Shown piece by piece: positions 28,701-42,412 of a stretch of DNA of 64,000 nt (the stretch's first letter is position 1; every line of letters starts with the position of its first letter). The notes under the pieces were generated by a model. It worked only from the letters and a program-made list of their open reading frames with translations, ran no database searches and was not told the DNA's origin. Where the stretch lies: NCBI GenBank assembly GCA_051047955.1, contig JBPGPT010000004.1, forward strand, positions 372,001-436,000, in the 5' to 3' direction. The DNA comes from Cystobasidiomycetes sp. EMM_F5. Taxonomy: Eukaryota. The translations under genes and the position numbers were made by a program.

Positions 28701-31700
28701 GTGGAGGCCAGTGGCAGCAAGAACAGGTTGTACGTAATTACGACGCGTTAGATATGTAACTGCGTCTAACAATCTCCCTACCATTTCAGGCGCGTTATCT
28801 GGTGTCGGTGTCGGCAACTTTGACGCCAGAGGAGAAAGACAGGCTTACCAAAACTGCGTGGCTGACAAAAGAAGAATTGGCTGGGGCTGCACCTTCGGAG
28901 AAGCCGGAGCGGTACCAGGCTCGCAAGCTTTATGAACCGAATGATCACTTGCGAGATCTGGGGCTGCCTATCCTGGCCTGGACTGGCAGCAAATGGCGGA
29001 ATAATTCGGATGAAGCCAGGCTCCTATTCGGCCTCGGATTGAGACGGCACCCTCCGATAGAGGATATCCTTAAACTGGCGGCGGATCCTGCTAACGCTGC
29101 CAAGCAAGAGCGTGCCAGGACATACTTTTTCGCTCACTTCGAAACCGCATACAATCAGTCTTATCAACCCTCTCAACACGCTTTCGCATTCGTTCCAGTT
29201 ATGCGTGCTGGTCAAGCGACTTTCTCGATCCCCTCAGAAGCGTATTCTGCGCCAGGTTCCGGCATACTGGGCTTTGCGACGTTGAGGCCTGAGTTCCAGC
29301 TTCAGGCAGCCAAGTTCAAGTTGGCAGCCGATCCGAAGCCGGCGGCTCTTGTAGCAGCCCTTGTAGCCGACCCGCCGCGAGATCCTGCAGCAGCTATGCC
29401 AATCTTCGCGTATCTGGCAGGACAGGCTTCTCGTAAACGCTTATTCCAATTTAAGTAGATGCACGCTGACGGCAATGACCTTGCAGGCTTCGGTGCTGGA
29501 GAGTATGCAACTCTTGCCAATACTAAATTCATACCAGGACAAAATCCAGCTGGGCAAGAAGGAGTATTTGAGATGTACAATCCGCGACAAGTGTATTTCA
29601 AGACGCAGGAAGGGGGTTTGGCCCCTCACTTCCGCTCACTGTTTGTCTTCGTTGATTTCGGAACGGCTCCCAACGCGTTCTTGCTTCAGTGCGGCGTGCG
29701 AGCAGAACCGAGTACTGCAGAGCTGTAGGTGTGAAAACTCAGCGTCCAGTGCGTTTCTCTAATGTACGCGGTACAGAACGCAACTGCTACTCGCTGACCC
29801 AAAACGGTTCCTGACTCTTGCCGGGTCAGCGGATCGATACATCAGCCTGCTTCGGCAAGTCGCGGCACACTATTCCACATTCTCTGGAGCGCTCAAGAAG
29901 CGCATGAGAGACACGCCGTTTATACTTGGCTACGAGCAGGTCAGAGCCGCAGCCAAATTGCAGCAGAAGAGTCATGACGACGACGACGATGATGAGATCC
30001 TGCTTCAATGCCGACTCGGCTACGCAAGCGAGACTGTCATCATCGACGATACGACAACTTTGAATGACTTCCGCGAATTTATCCTCTCTGCTCCGCAAGA
30101 TGATCTCATTGAAGCATTTGTTGAGGTGGGCTATCCAGTCGTGTCATTGTAACCTCAGATCTTAACGCACCATCAGGATCTTGGCGGCAAACGTATTAGC
30201 AAGCTAGTCTCGACACAGTATACATCTTCACCAGTGCCAGAACAATCTTCTCCGCAGGCACTTCAGCTGCGGAAACTTGTTCTTGAGGTGAAGCACCGCG
30301 ATTGAGGGATGAATCCTATCTGACACGTTCTCGACAACAGCGCGCTGCTCTCTTCCTACATGAACGGCAGCAGACAAGCAAGGACGTTCGCTTCAACGAA
30401 GATTGGCTCAAAACGCATCTTATTGTGAAGGAAGTAGCGAACATCGAACGTGTACGTCCGCAGATTGAAACATTTCGTCTCACTGATGTCTGTGAGCAGC
30501 AACGTATACTCACCCTTGGCGTCTCAAGGCATGTCAAGACTAGCCCGGCATCTGCTGCAGCCACTCTGGGAGGTTCACAGCTTCTGCTGCGAGTTTCGTC
30601 GAATATGGATAGTCTGGACTACTACGAGGTTGCGGCATCCCTTACTGGTCTCATCCTGAATAAGCAGAGAATACACGATACGCTTTTATTTTTGACTTTG
30701 CTCCAGACCTCGTTGAAAGATCTGAAGAGACGTGGGTTCAATGTTGATCGAATCATGAATTCGAGAAAAGCCGAGCAAGAGGCGCAGCTACAGAAAGAGC
30801 GCGAGAACCGAGCTCAAGCTGATTTACAGAGGCTCAGAGAGCAAGAACAGACTCGAAAAGCTGTCAGACCGCCGAGTCTGGACGAGAAGAGTATGACTGG
30901 ATGTATGCTATCTGAGCACTATTTCCGGAGCGGTCTGACGTCTGTCCAGCCTTCCCAGATGTAACAAACGAGACGCAAGCACTGCTATCGAAAATTCAAC
31001 AAAGTCCGCATGCACCGCCGGTGCTCCCCCCTCGTTCATTGTTCGACAATCTGCGGTCTAAACTGCGTCAGCAACCCCCTCCGGCAGGTGGTAACGGTTC
31101 TCAGAATTTGATGGAGCAAGCTTTGTCTCAGCCCAATGGAAATCAGTCTGTAGCGCCTTCGCTGCCGTCGAAACACACAAAGCACATCGCCAATCAGCCT
31201 GACAGTCAAAGTGAGTATTTACTGAAGGCTGCATTGTTCAGCGTGCTAATAGTGACAAGCAGGCGCGGTCACTCCTCTCGATACTATTGCGCGAAATGTT
31301 CACCAAGCTATACAGGCCTGTAAGCCGGATCGTTCAGGCGATATCACGAGCACAATGCAAACAGAGGAGGTCAAGGAGTCGAACGGGCAGTATTGCGATT
31401 CGACAACTGCTACCGATCTACTGTATGTCGGCGATGTTTCCTCAATACGCCTGTACGTCGGACGCGCAGTGAATGAGGACATCATGGGCCGATACCGTCC
31501 GGAAATCGAATTGTTTGTTAATCAAATACTAAAGCCTGTTGGAGCGATATATAATGTCGATCCAGGCGCACTGCACATCTTTCACGACCCTTCGTCCAAA
31601 GCCGAGGCTTTCAACCGCTCCGGCAGCATATTCTTCAGTTTGACGTGGGTCTGGCGGAACATTAGCGTTTATCTTGCTAAAGCGTTCTCGACAGATATTA

Positions 31701-31964
31701 TTTACAACGGCATGCACAGAAGGTTGCACAGGGACAGCTCAGTGGTGCACTCATATCTACGTACATCAGCATGGCACATGAGGTCAGTTTGTAGTACGAT
31801 GGCGCGAGCGTTTGCTGATTCCCAAGTATTTGCTTCTCCAGTTGGCGCATAATCTGGTATTGCAACACAGTGCACAGCACTCTTACTATACCGAGTACAT
31901 GGCAGAAATATACTTCTTGCCTCTGGCCGGCTACATCGCAGAGCATTCAGCCGCGTCAGGCTAA
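25761..31964 (+). CDS. Large sacsin-like GHKL (HSP90-fold) ATPase, DUF3684-like, with C-terminal HExxH zincin-like domain
   Basis: Spliced N-terminus EINQRGLVEKILARYSGEHTLFRELLQNADDA, NNGIIF, GAFGVGFYSIF; internal FIGFPTHQSVG and ERENIDL. Spliced C-terminus AFNRSGSIFF...MAHELAHNLVLQHSAQH. Roughly 20 introns; stop TAA at 31962-31964. Confidence 0.85.
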
Positions 31965-32163
31965 TTTTCAGTGAGCAGTGCTTCATTCGATATGGTCCAG
32001 TCATCGCGGAGCTTGCAAAGTGTGTTGTTGACACCACCTCTTGAGTTTGTAACCATAGCCATGTAGCGAATCATTTCTGCAAGTTCGAACAGTCGTATCT
32101 TTGTGTGTTTGCCCTCGACACGTTATAGCGTTCTTGCTGACGACTACGCCCAATTCTGCGACC

Positions 32164-32488
32164 ATGCGCAAAGGATTCATACTTGCGACACAAGTCGGCC
32201 AGTCTGCAAGACGACCCAGTCCAGAGGAGCAAGTCCGTCGTCGTAGCCTGCTGGGCAGCTACAAAGGTGTGTTGAAGTTGGTCTATATGTACAATATGGG
32301 GATTGGGACTGAAGGAAAGCACAAATTACCTCTGCTACACCACACGGACAATAGCTCTGTCACCCAATACCAGGCTAGGGCTGTCGCTTGGGTTGCTCGC
32401 ATTCGCGTACGCCGGCCTGAAGATATCTGATTATCTGGAAGAAGAGTATCCCAAGGAGATGCCTGCCATCATTCACACGAAGCCATGA
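32164..32488 (+). CDS. Small single-pass membrane protein (about 78 aa, two exons)
   Basis: MRKGF...SLLGSYK joined through a GTGTGT...TAG intron to ALSPNTRLGLSLGLLAFAYAGLKISDYLEEEYP. Confidence 0.65.
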
Positions 32489-33188
32489 AGCGAGCACACA
32501 CAGATACGGGCTAAGACGCGACAGCTGTATTGCAATCGGCATCTGCTTCGTGGCCCTCGAATTATGGATTATGTCACTCAACGCACCGGATGTCGTTCAC
32601 ATCTTCAAGGCATCCATGTCAGACAATCGCAAATGCCTTTCGCTCAGCTGCCGTAGACATCCTCTGGTATGGCATATGGCATATGTTTGCCTGGCTCGAA
32701 TGACAGACTGTTCTACGAGCATATTTGCAGGTCTCTTTTAAAACAACGGATATACGCATCGAACGTAGCGCGTTCGAGCGGACAATCACTGCTTCCTCGA
32801 ATCATTATCGGCATCTGGGTCAAGATGTGGCATAACTACGCCTCTGGCAAGCGGGTCAAAGGCATTGGGAGCAAGGATTGCTGGTTGGCGTCGTGCGCAC
32901 AGGGTTCAACCAGATTAAGCGCTTCGAAGAGGTTTTCGACAGATCTTCATCTGCATTATAATAAGCTGCTATGGCTACATGCAACGTCACAACCTTTGGT
33001 ACTCTCTGGTCTTGACAAAGATGCGGAACCCCGGATCTCGGGCCGCGGAATCCGATCAAGGCTGACTGGGAGTTAAAGCCGTCAACGTAGTTGTACCGAC
33101 AGCTTTCATCTGTACGGAGCATGCAGGTCGTCTCTGCTTTGTTTCTGTCTCTATATCGCTCAAGTCCCAGCTCGCGAGAAACGCGAAG

Positions 33189-35084
33189 ATGGAGAAGACA
33201 GCTCTGGGTCCGGCCCAAGCGAGACCCTTAGCCGATGATGTCGAAGCTGCCCAAATTCTGGAGGCAGAGAAGGAATTAGTCTTGGAAGGTGGTGAAGACC
33301 CACATAAGTGGTCGCGGGCGCGTAAAGTGGGTCCGTCTTTCTAGGGCATTATTGCTCGTTCTGTCTAAGTCGTAGTTGCGTCTATTGCAGATTCGAAATA
33401 ATGTCGTTCTGGCATATGCGACATTGTACGCGAAGTATTTACGCGTTTACCATTGCCTATCACTAAACTTGTAATTCATCTAGCGTCTTGACCTACTCGA
33501 GTTCAGCAATGACACCATCTCTTGCCGGGTTCATCGCATTTTATGGAGTTTCCAGAGAGGTCGCCTTGCTGAGCTTGGCCCTGTTCGTACTGGGTAAGCA
33601 AGACCGTATATCATGCAGATGCCAACCTTGCGCTAATGAATCTCTTCACAGGATTTGGCCTCGGACCCTTTCTAGCCGGGCCGACTTCAGAAGTCGTCGG
33701 CAGGCGGAACGTCTACATTGTCACCTACGTCTCATTTACAGCTTGGTCATGGGGTGCTGCATATGCGCCAAATATAGTCGCGCTAATCATCTTTCGCTTT
33801 CTCGCCGGCCTCAGCGGCTCGTCAAGTCTTACAGTGCACCCGGCCAGCATTTCGGACTGGGCCTCAATACAAGAACGCAATCGCTACTCGTCCAGCTATG
33901 CCCTCTGCGCTTTTGGAGGAGCTTCTATCGGACCACTCGTCGGAGGCTTTGTGGTCGTTTATGCCTCATGGCGATGGAACCTCATCGTCATTGCAATATT
34001 GGTTTCCGTCTCAGCGCTTGCAATCATAGTTGGAGCAGAAGAGACGTATGCTCCTGAACTACTTAAACGCAAGAACAAAAGGCATGGCCGGGCTGTTCCT
34101 CCGGGTCCTAGTCTCGGAGCTCGATACTATACTGCAATAGTGACACCGTTCAAGCTGCTCGTAAAGGAACCCGCGGTCGCAGCAGTCTCGTTATACTTGT
34201 CTTTCCGTGAGCTTGCTATCCCCCTCGTTGCGACCAGCTCCCGTCTAATGACATAATAGTATACGGACTTTTTTATGCCTTATTTCCGGGTCCGTCATAC
34301 TGAGCCGCCCTTTATTGTACTTTCTCGGCTTATAACAATTCTTCTCCAGTCTATCCAATTATTTACGTCCAAGTTCGCGGCTTCAGTCAGCAGGCGTTGG
34401 CCCTCACGTATATCGCTCCGACGCTAGGTTTCTTGCTTGGAGGAATAGTCCTCCGATATGGCCAGGACTATGCGTACAGCAAATGGATGGAGAAGATGCC
34501 TCCGGGCAAGATGCCACCACCTAACGCTCGATACGTATTGGTGCAATGGCTGAGCTGGACCGTGCCAGTGTGAGCCCGTCGGGAATGGGCGATGTTCGCA
34601 ACAAGCTAACCACAGTCACTCCCTCAGCGGTATATTCATATTGGCTTTCTGCTCGTACGCAAATCTACACTGGTTTGGCGATTGTGTCGGCGCCTTCCTC
34701 TTTTCCTTCGGCATGCTCATCGTATTTACAGGTTTCATACGTCCGTGAAGGCTTGTCTTGGCCGACCGTCATGCTGCTAATGCCTTTCTTGACTTTGGTA
34801 GCCTTCATTATCGATCTGTACTTGCGACAAGCTGCTTCAGCACTAGCCGCCACTACGGCTTCCCGAGCCATCTTCGCAGCTTCTTTTCCGCTCTTTTCAG
34901 CCAACATGTATGAGCGTCTCGGTATACCAGGCGCGTCAGGTCTACTGGCTGGAATTGCGCTTCTTCTGTTTCCGATTCCTTGGATCTTTACATGTGGGGT
35001 TTGCATCATCTAGTTGATTAGCATTTGTAAACTAATTTTTTGAACGTAGACTACGGAAATCGTTTATGGGGTCACCGTTTATGA
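33189..35084 (+). CDS. Major facilitator superfamily drug:H+ antiporter (DHA1-like)
   Basis: EDPHKWSRARK, GFGLGPFLAGPTSEVVGRRNVY, IFRFLAGLSGS, GPLVGGF, WRW, EETYAP, ASALAA, FPLFSANMYERLG. Confidence 0.9.
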
Positions 35085-35216
35085 TCAGCAAGAATGCAGC
35101 AGTTTCAGCAGGCTGTCAGCTGTATTGCGGCCTGTTCATTCTAATGTATACTGTATAGAACATTGGCTACATGTGAACAAATGAATGTCTGTATTAGGCA
35201 TCGAGCCGTCGCAACT

Positions 35217-36556
35217 TCAGAAGTCCTCCACTTCTATCTCGAGCTGTATCAGAGCTATATCAGCGGTCGTGCTGATCAGTGCAAGGAATGAGTTACCCAC
35301 TCCACATTCGCTGCATTGCTTTGCGCTTTGGCCCGCAGCATTCATGAAGGACTCTGCACCAAACGAATGAACATGTTCTGCGTCTTTCCGCTCATGCCAT
35401 CTATTGGTGGCTGTCCTCCTTCGCAAATCTTTTAGACTCTGCTCAAACTTTTTGTTCTTCTTCTTCTTCTTTTCCGCTTCTCTTCGCTCAAACTCTGCAT
35501 CTAACGCTTCTGCAGAGCCCCACTTCTTGTCGGAAAAAGCGAAAGCTTCAACTTGCTCGCGCAGAAACAGCATCATGTTGGAATATGTGGATTGGTGAGG
35601 GTTGGGTCGTAAAAGGTGCGGCAAGATGTCGGGGTCTCGTAGTTCGGCTGGAGAATAGTCTAATCAGTATAGCCTTGCGTCAGATACGTCCAACATACGT
35701 TCTGTCAAGAGATAATCCTCTCTTGCCTCCGTCTTTGTGAGCAGTGAGAACCGCTCGGGATTCTCATGTTTGCACTTTGCACAAACGTTTGTGTAAAAGA
35801 CTTTGTGAAACGTGAAATCGATATCGCTCGTTCCGCATACTTTACATTTCGGATTTTCCCGCTCATCGAGCGAGAGGAAGTGGTCGTTGAGCAGACCTTG
35901 CCGTTTCATTGCGTCCAGGCGCTTCTGCTTCAGATCTGCCTCTTGCTCTCGCCGTCTCTTCTCGCGCGGATCGTCGACTTCGCCATCGAGGAGGAAGCCT
36001 CCTTTGCTGTTTTTCAAGGTCGACAAGTCGTATTCTAGGTATTTGCCTAGTCGATTTGGTAGTGGCTGCGGGAGATGTCAGTTGTCACGCAAAGTACTTC
36101 TATAGTGGTTAATCACCTTGTTCGGGTCGTCTTCTATCGGAAACCCATCTCGTCCTATCCGACCCTTGCCCTTGCCGTTTCCATCACTCCCGCCTGTCTG
36201 CGCTGAGGGACTCCCCATAGTCATATCCTGTAAGCGTCCGACGCTCGTCGTCGCATTGCGCAGAGATGAGGCTGGATTGTTGATGTGGGGGTAGGATCTA
36301 GTGTTGGGAGCAGTTGGACTCGTGCTCGTTGCGGGAGTCACTTCGAGCGGTCTCTTGTTGAACTTGTTTCTCGCTTCAGCTGACAGACGTGTCGCAGTTT
36401 CCTTGTCTCGGTGCAGCGTCTTTGCTGTTTGATTATCGGAGTCAATCGCAGCCCAGCGCCATCAGTCAGCTCTGAGCCCTCACCGGCCAAACGACGCTGG
36501 TTTATCAGTTCCCGCTGTTCGTGCGTCAGCGTGGAAGTGCTCGCAGCTGTGCTCAT
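35217..36556 (-). CDS. RAD14: Nucleotide excision repair damage-recognition protein Rad14/XPA
   Basis: Zn finger CKVC...CAKC, SLLTKTEAREDYLLT, PNPHQSTYSNMMLFLREQVE, KWGSAEALDAEFERR. Confidence 0.93.
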
Positions 36557-36700
36557 CGTAGCAGGTGTTTCATTCAGTTGCTCGAAAAGCAAATGTCGGG
36601 CCGGCCTTCAGCTTTGACGTCGTTTGATATACCGCCACTGTCCATGCTGATGATGAATTGATAATGAATTAGAATACTGCCTCGTTACTCTGGTTATATC

Positions 36701-39700
36701 ATGACCATGGCTGCAGCTCAGCCCCGCTCCGCGTCAATGAGACCGCCGTCAGCTGGGCGGGGCTCACTCCGACGTCGCAGTGCGGCATTCCTCCATGACC
36801 TGGTGCTGCCAGCCAAACCGAGCGATGGCTACGACGGCGAGTATCGGAGAGCGCTTCTCGAAGGCCGCGAAGAGGTCGGGCACGTCGCTACGTGGTATGG
36901 CTCGTTTACGACGTGAGGGCGCGTAGATTGGCTGGTATTTGGGGCGTGGTTTACTGACTTGGAGGTTCAGAATTGACTGGCTGCACGACTTGTGCAAGGA
37001 AGATTTTAGACGACGTACGCTGCGCCAGAGACCAGGCTGGCGAGGCGTCGTAGCGTCAAACTGGGACAGGCTCCAGGGATGGCTCGCAGTCCTATTGACA
37101 GGCCTCTTCACCGCCCTCATAGCCGCAGGGATAATATCGCTCGAGATGTGGTTATTCAGCATCAAAGACGGATACTGCACAAACGGATGGTGGAAAGCGC
37201 GAAGATTCTGCTTGTGTGCAGGCGCACATGATGTATCGCATAAAGTGGCAAATCTGCAGATAAACAAGGCGATTTCTCCACGTTCAGCTATAGCGACGAA
37301 CAGCTTTATCAACGTGTGGTCTTCGTCGCTGAAAGGACACGAAGAAATGACGTGCTCAGCATGGCAGGAGTGGGGAACAGTCCTCGATAGCAACGGCCAA
37401 CCGATCGTACAATGGCTCCTCGAGTATGGTGTATACATCTCTACTGCTGTAAGCATGTCTCGCGGGGGAACTGCTACCGTTATTGAAGTCTGTGCTCGGT
37501 TCACACAGCTCATGTTTGCGACCTTTGCCTCCGTACTGACAATCTATCTTTCCTCAAGCGACTCGGTCGTTTCCACCAAAGACGTTAATATCACCAATCC
37601 AGCACCTATGAGTGAGCGGATGCCGCCACATAGTGGTAGCCACCAGGAGTCTGTGCCAGGCGAGCCAACTGAATACAGGCACCTGCCTCGCTCTCGCTCT
37701 TTCGTATCATACGGAGCGACAGAATTCCGTCATCTCGACAGCCGTAAACAACAGAATCAGTCGTTACGGAGGCAGCAGTCCCGCGCTTCATCGCATGGCT
37801 TCAGTCAGGGCTCTCCAGTACCCAATCAAGATGGCTTTGCAAACACTGCGAGACCATTCTCCACGCCTGGATCGCGCTCGCACTCGAGACATAATTCATA
37901 TCAGCCGTTAGCTCCGCCATTTGTCTCTTCAGAACCTCCTCCATTGGTGAAGCGCAAGACTATGTACTTTGCAGCAGGATCTGGGATTCCCGAGGTATTT
38001 TCATATTTCAATTAACTCGACTTTGCCTAACCTCGTATTCTAGATCAAAACCCTTCTCAGCGGGTTTGTTATTCGAGGATACCTGGGCGGCTGGACTTTG
38101 TAAGTAGAGATCATGCTTTAAGTGTAGACTTGCTTACGAGTAAAGCGCATCATCAGGTTGGCCAAGTCAGTCGGACTATGCTTCTCAGTGGGCTCCGGTC
38201 TCAGTTTGGGCAAAGAGGGGCCGTTTGTGCATATTGGTGAGTATTCACCTCTCGCACTGAGAGACAGGGTCTATGCTCACAAACTTCCAAAGCTTCCTGT
38301 GTCGGCAACATCATTAGTCGTTTCTTTCACAAGTTTGACAGTAATGAAGCAAAACGTCGAGAGATCCTCTCCGCAGCGTGCGCTGCTGGCGTTAGCGTCA
38401 GTTTTGGAGCTCCTGTGGGCGGCGTACTGTTTTCTCTCGAGGAAGTCTCGTAAGTGGTACTGTCATAGGCTCGGCCGGCCCAGCAGGGCACTGTTGACGA
38501 TACGACATAGATACTTCTTCCCACCGAAAGTTCTCTTTCGCTCATTCGTCTGCGCCATGGTTGCTGCCACGACACTGCGATTCCTCAATCCATTTGGGAC
38601 AGGCAAGATTGTCTTGTTTCAGGTTACGTACGACAAGGATTGGCATTTTGCAGAACTCATTGGCTTTGCGTTTCTGGGTATTTTCGGCGGAGTATACGGG
38701 GCACTTTTCAACAAGGCGAACGTAGCATGGAGTACGTCTCTAGAGACTGTCAACCTGATATGCATAGTGCTGATGGCCAGGACCTGGTTCTCGTCGTGCC
38801 TGCGATTTAGCCAAGTACGTACGGAACGGGACGTCACTGAAGAAGCACCCAATACTGGAAGTCGCAGCAGTCTGCCTTGTTACAGTCGCAATCTCCTTTT
38901 TCAACCGCTTTACTCGAATGGGAGGCACGGAGCTCGTTTTCGAAATGTTTTCGGAATGCTCGTTTGACGACAATCTGAGCGGTCTGTGCGTACGCACGCC
39001 AGCTCAGGTCCCGCAGATTCTGCTCGTCATTGGTGCTGCGTTGACTGCGAAGGTGTTCCTCACAATTATAACGTAAGTGCGATCTTAATGTGTCGCAAAA
39101 CATCTTTTGACAGGCAGAGAAGCTTTGGTATACGCGTTCCAGCAGGCATCTTTATCCCTACCCTGGCCGTTGGGGCATGCTTTGGACGGATCGTCGGACT
39201 GGTTATCGAGATGGGATACGCAAAGTATCCAGAGTCACCACTCTTCGCTTTCTGTAACGCCACTGGACCATTGCCAGCGCCCTTCGGACAAGCCTGTGTC
39301 CTGCCCGGTGTATATTCCATGGTGGGCGCAACAGCCACTCTGGCTGGCGTGACCCGCACGACTGTCTCGCTAGCTGTTATCATGTTTGAGGTATATGCAG
39401 CGCTCAATTAGAGCAACAGCCTTGCTGAATCCTTGTTCACCGATAGCTTACCGGCACGCTTACATACGTGACGCCCGTCATGGTAGCTGTCCTTTTCTCG
39501 GTCACCGTTGCGAATGCTTTCGAGAGTCGATCAATCTATGATTTGGTCATCAAGTGAGTGTTCTTTATGCTATTGATGTCGAATAGATAGCTGATGTCTT
39601 TTGGGAGCTCAGTGCCAATCATCTTCCGTATCTTGATGCCAAGGAGGAGCACATCCTTGTCGGCACCTGCATGGATGTAACGGATACGGATGCACCAGTC

Positions 39701-40228
39701 ATCTCGCTTGACGCAGAAAATACCGTCGAGACGTTGTCTCAGAAATTGGTCGAGCATCATGGCAGGATCACTGGCTTTCCGATTATCGCGGAAGACAGAG
39801 GAATCCGTCTTCAAGGCTATATCGGCTATGATGAGCTTGAACAGTCTCTGGCAGCGTACAAGCTTGAACTTGCATCGAGCGAGACGAATCCAATGACACC
39901 GTGTACTTTCAGAGATGTCTCGGCGAGGGTCGACCTGAAGTCTTATGAGGATGGAGGACGTCGCCCTTTCGCAGCTGGGCGCAACATCCTTGACCTCGGG
40001 TATCTCACGGACAAGGCACCGGTAACTGTCTCGGCTAGAGCGCCTTTGCAGCTGCTACATCAGCTGTTTGTCAAACTCGGAGTGCGGTACCTCGCAGTTC
40101 AAGATCAGCGGGGATGCTACGTAGGCATAGTTGACAAGAACCGCTGGCTCGGATATCTGCACTGGCTTGAAACAGAGGAAAGGGCGCCTAAGCAAGAGAG
40201 AACTGATCCATCTAATCCCACGCCGTGA
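36701..40228 (+). CDS. CLC-family chloride channel / Cl-/H+ antiporter with CBS domains
   Basis: Signature motifs GSGIPE, GKEGP (gating Glu present), FSLEE, GIFIP, plus a C-terminal CBS pair ([14 protein letters not shown]). Confidence 0.93.
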
Positions 40229-40331
40229 TTGCGTAAGTTTCAATGCATTAGATTAGTGCTGAAAGTTTAGTGAAGCAAGAAGTAGGAATCGGTCCAGTGC
40301 ATCATCGTTGTAATTTCATTCGCTTTCATTC

Positions 40332-42230
40332 ATGCTCTCTCGACACACCTGCAAAGCGCTCCATCCAAAGCCTGCACCGTCTCGCGTTCTAAACAGCTGT
40401 GTGACTCAGTCAGTTACGGCCGTACTCACATCAACATTGCAGAGTACTGATGCCTTCGCGCACGCCATCGGCTATAGCCGACGAAACATGGTCAACGCCA
40501 GTACTGCCAGCAGGATATCGGAAGAGCTCGTCAAGCAGGATGTATGGTCTGTATTCAGTCCAGGTGGGTGTTAATAAGTGGGACTGGGCCAGGATTGTCG
40601 GATCTAATTATTGTCTTTATACAGCTGGTGGACATGTTCCAAAGGACTCGCTAAATCTAGGTCGGCCGGATACAGCTGTCACCACTCTCACCAGTTATAT
40701 TGGCTGACACGTTATGCAGGTCAAGGTTTTATGGACTGGCCTCCTCCGCCGTATATTCAGAAAGCAGCTGCCGACGCCATTTCAGGCTCGGCTGAAGCAA
40801 AGTGAGTCAGAAGGCCGCTCATGCGGACTGCTGGATGCTAAGACCCGACTCGCAGTCACTACAGTATTCCACGAGGTAGACTGCGACTGCGTCAGGCGCT
40901 TTCGAAAGCACTGTCCCCCTCTTTCAACTTGCTGGATGGGCGAGAGTTGGATCCCAACACCGAAATATTGGTCACGTCCGGAGCCAATGTCGGCATGTAC
41001 TCCTTCCTTGCAGCCTTTCTCAACGAAGGGGATGAAGTGCTGGTACCTGCTCCGCACTTTGATCAGTATATCAGCAGCATCACCTTTCATGGTGGAAAGC
41101 CAGTCTATGTGCCATTCCGACCGCCAAAGGAAGCCAGTGACTCCAATGTTTCATCAGCCGATTGGAAGCTGGACATTGAAGAGCTAAGAGCGGCATGCAC
41201 GCCTAAGACGAAGGTCTTGATTCTGAACAGTGAGTTATACCTTCTTTACAGGAGAGGATCATAAACTTACGAAGTTTCCGTTTAGCACCACATAATCCTA
41301 TCGGCAAAGTTTTTTCAGAGGATGAACTCCGAGAGATTGGCAAGCTCGCGGAGGAGAAAGACTTTCTGATTCTGTCCGACGAAGTGTACGATGTTCTTGC
41401 GCTATCGCCGTCAAAGCACGTCCGTATAGCGGCTCTAGGCGATTTCTGGAATCGAACAGTCACTGTCGGAAGTGCAGGCAAGGGCTTCTCGTGCACCGGA
41501 TGGCGAGTAGGCTGGCTTGTTGGACCTGCTAATCTCATTCGTGCGGCGTTGGCAGCCAGTACAAGAGTGACCTTCTGCACGAACTCGCCTTTACAAGAAG
41601 CCGCCGCGGTAGGCTTTGAGAGAGCGAAAGAGGAGCATTTCTTCGAGAGTGAGTGTTCTGCTCACGCTTGGCGACCTTGAAGACTAAGAGTGTTTACAGA
41701 TCAACAAGAGTGGTACGAAAAGTTAAGGTCTACTCTGCTGAAGGAACTAGATAATCTCGGTCTGCCATAGTCAGTCATTATCGTATTGCATTGAAACGCG
41801 GCTGACGTTCCTTTCAGTACCGTCCCGCAAGGCAGCTATTTTGTCATGATCAATACGAAGCGCTTGCACCTGCCGGAAGATTGGGTGTAGGTTTATACCA
41901 CAACATTCGTTGCACGGCGGTGGAATATCTGCTAAAACATCTTTTTGGACGCCTACAGCATTCCTGACATTGTCAAGCACCGCACACGAGACTGGCATCT
42001 GGCCTTTTTCATTGCTCAGAAGGCGGGAGTGTGGGTTTAATATTGTTGAAGCCTCTCTAATAAGACCTGACTATTCAGAATACAGTGTTCTCATACCGCC
42101 AACAGACTTCTATCCTGAACACCTACAACATATCGGTTCCGACTTCCTCAGAATAGCATACTGCAAGCAGCCGGAAACGCTCGAAGCGGCTGGTCAGCGG
42201 CTGCTCAAGCTGAAGCCGTACATCAAATAG
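40332..42230 (+). CDS. PLP-dependent class I/II aminotransferase, kynurenine aminotransferase (Bna3)-like
   Basis: DVWSVF, NLGQGFMDW, EILVTSGAN, PHNPIGKVF, SDEVY, PLP-lysine motif SAGKGFSCTGWRVGW, LRIAYCK. Alternative ATG at 40488. Confidence 0.88.
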
Positions 42231-42412
42231 CGCGTGTAGCAGTAATTGCATCAGTCAGTGATTTCGCGACTTCGCATGTCCTGCAGATGTCGTCCATCGA
42301 TGTGAATTGAAAGCAATAACGCATCTTAGAGAGCATGAATAATGTATCATGCAGATATGTTGATAACTGCGACGACAACAACAATGATGATGCATCAAAG
42401 ACTACTGAGAGC

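Noticed and set aside
21922..36556. RAD6, the putative Wss1-like protease fusion and RAD14 as a DNA-repair cluster
   Set aside because: They are interspersed with unrelated genes (CLF1, MFS transporter), no shared motif was seen, and such proximity is expected by chance in a compact genome.
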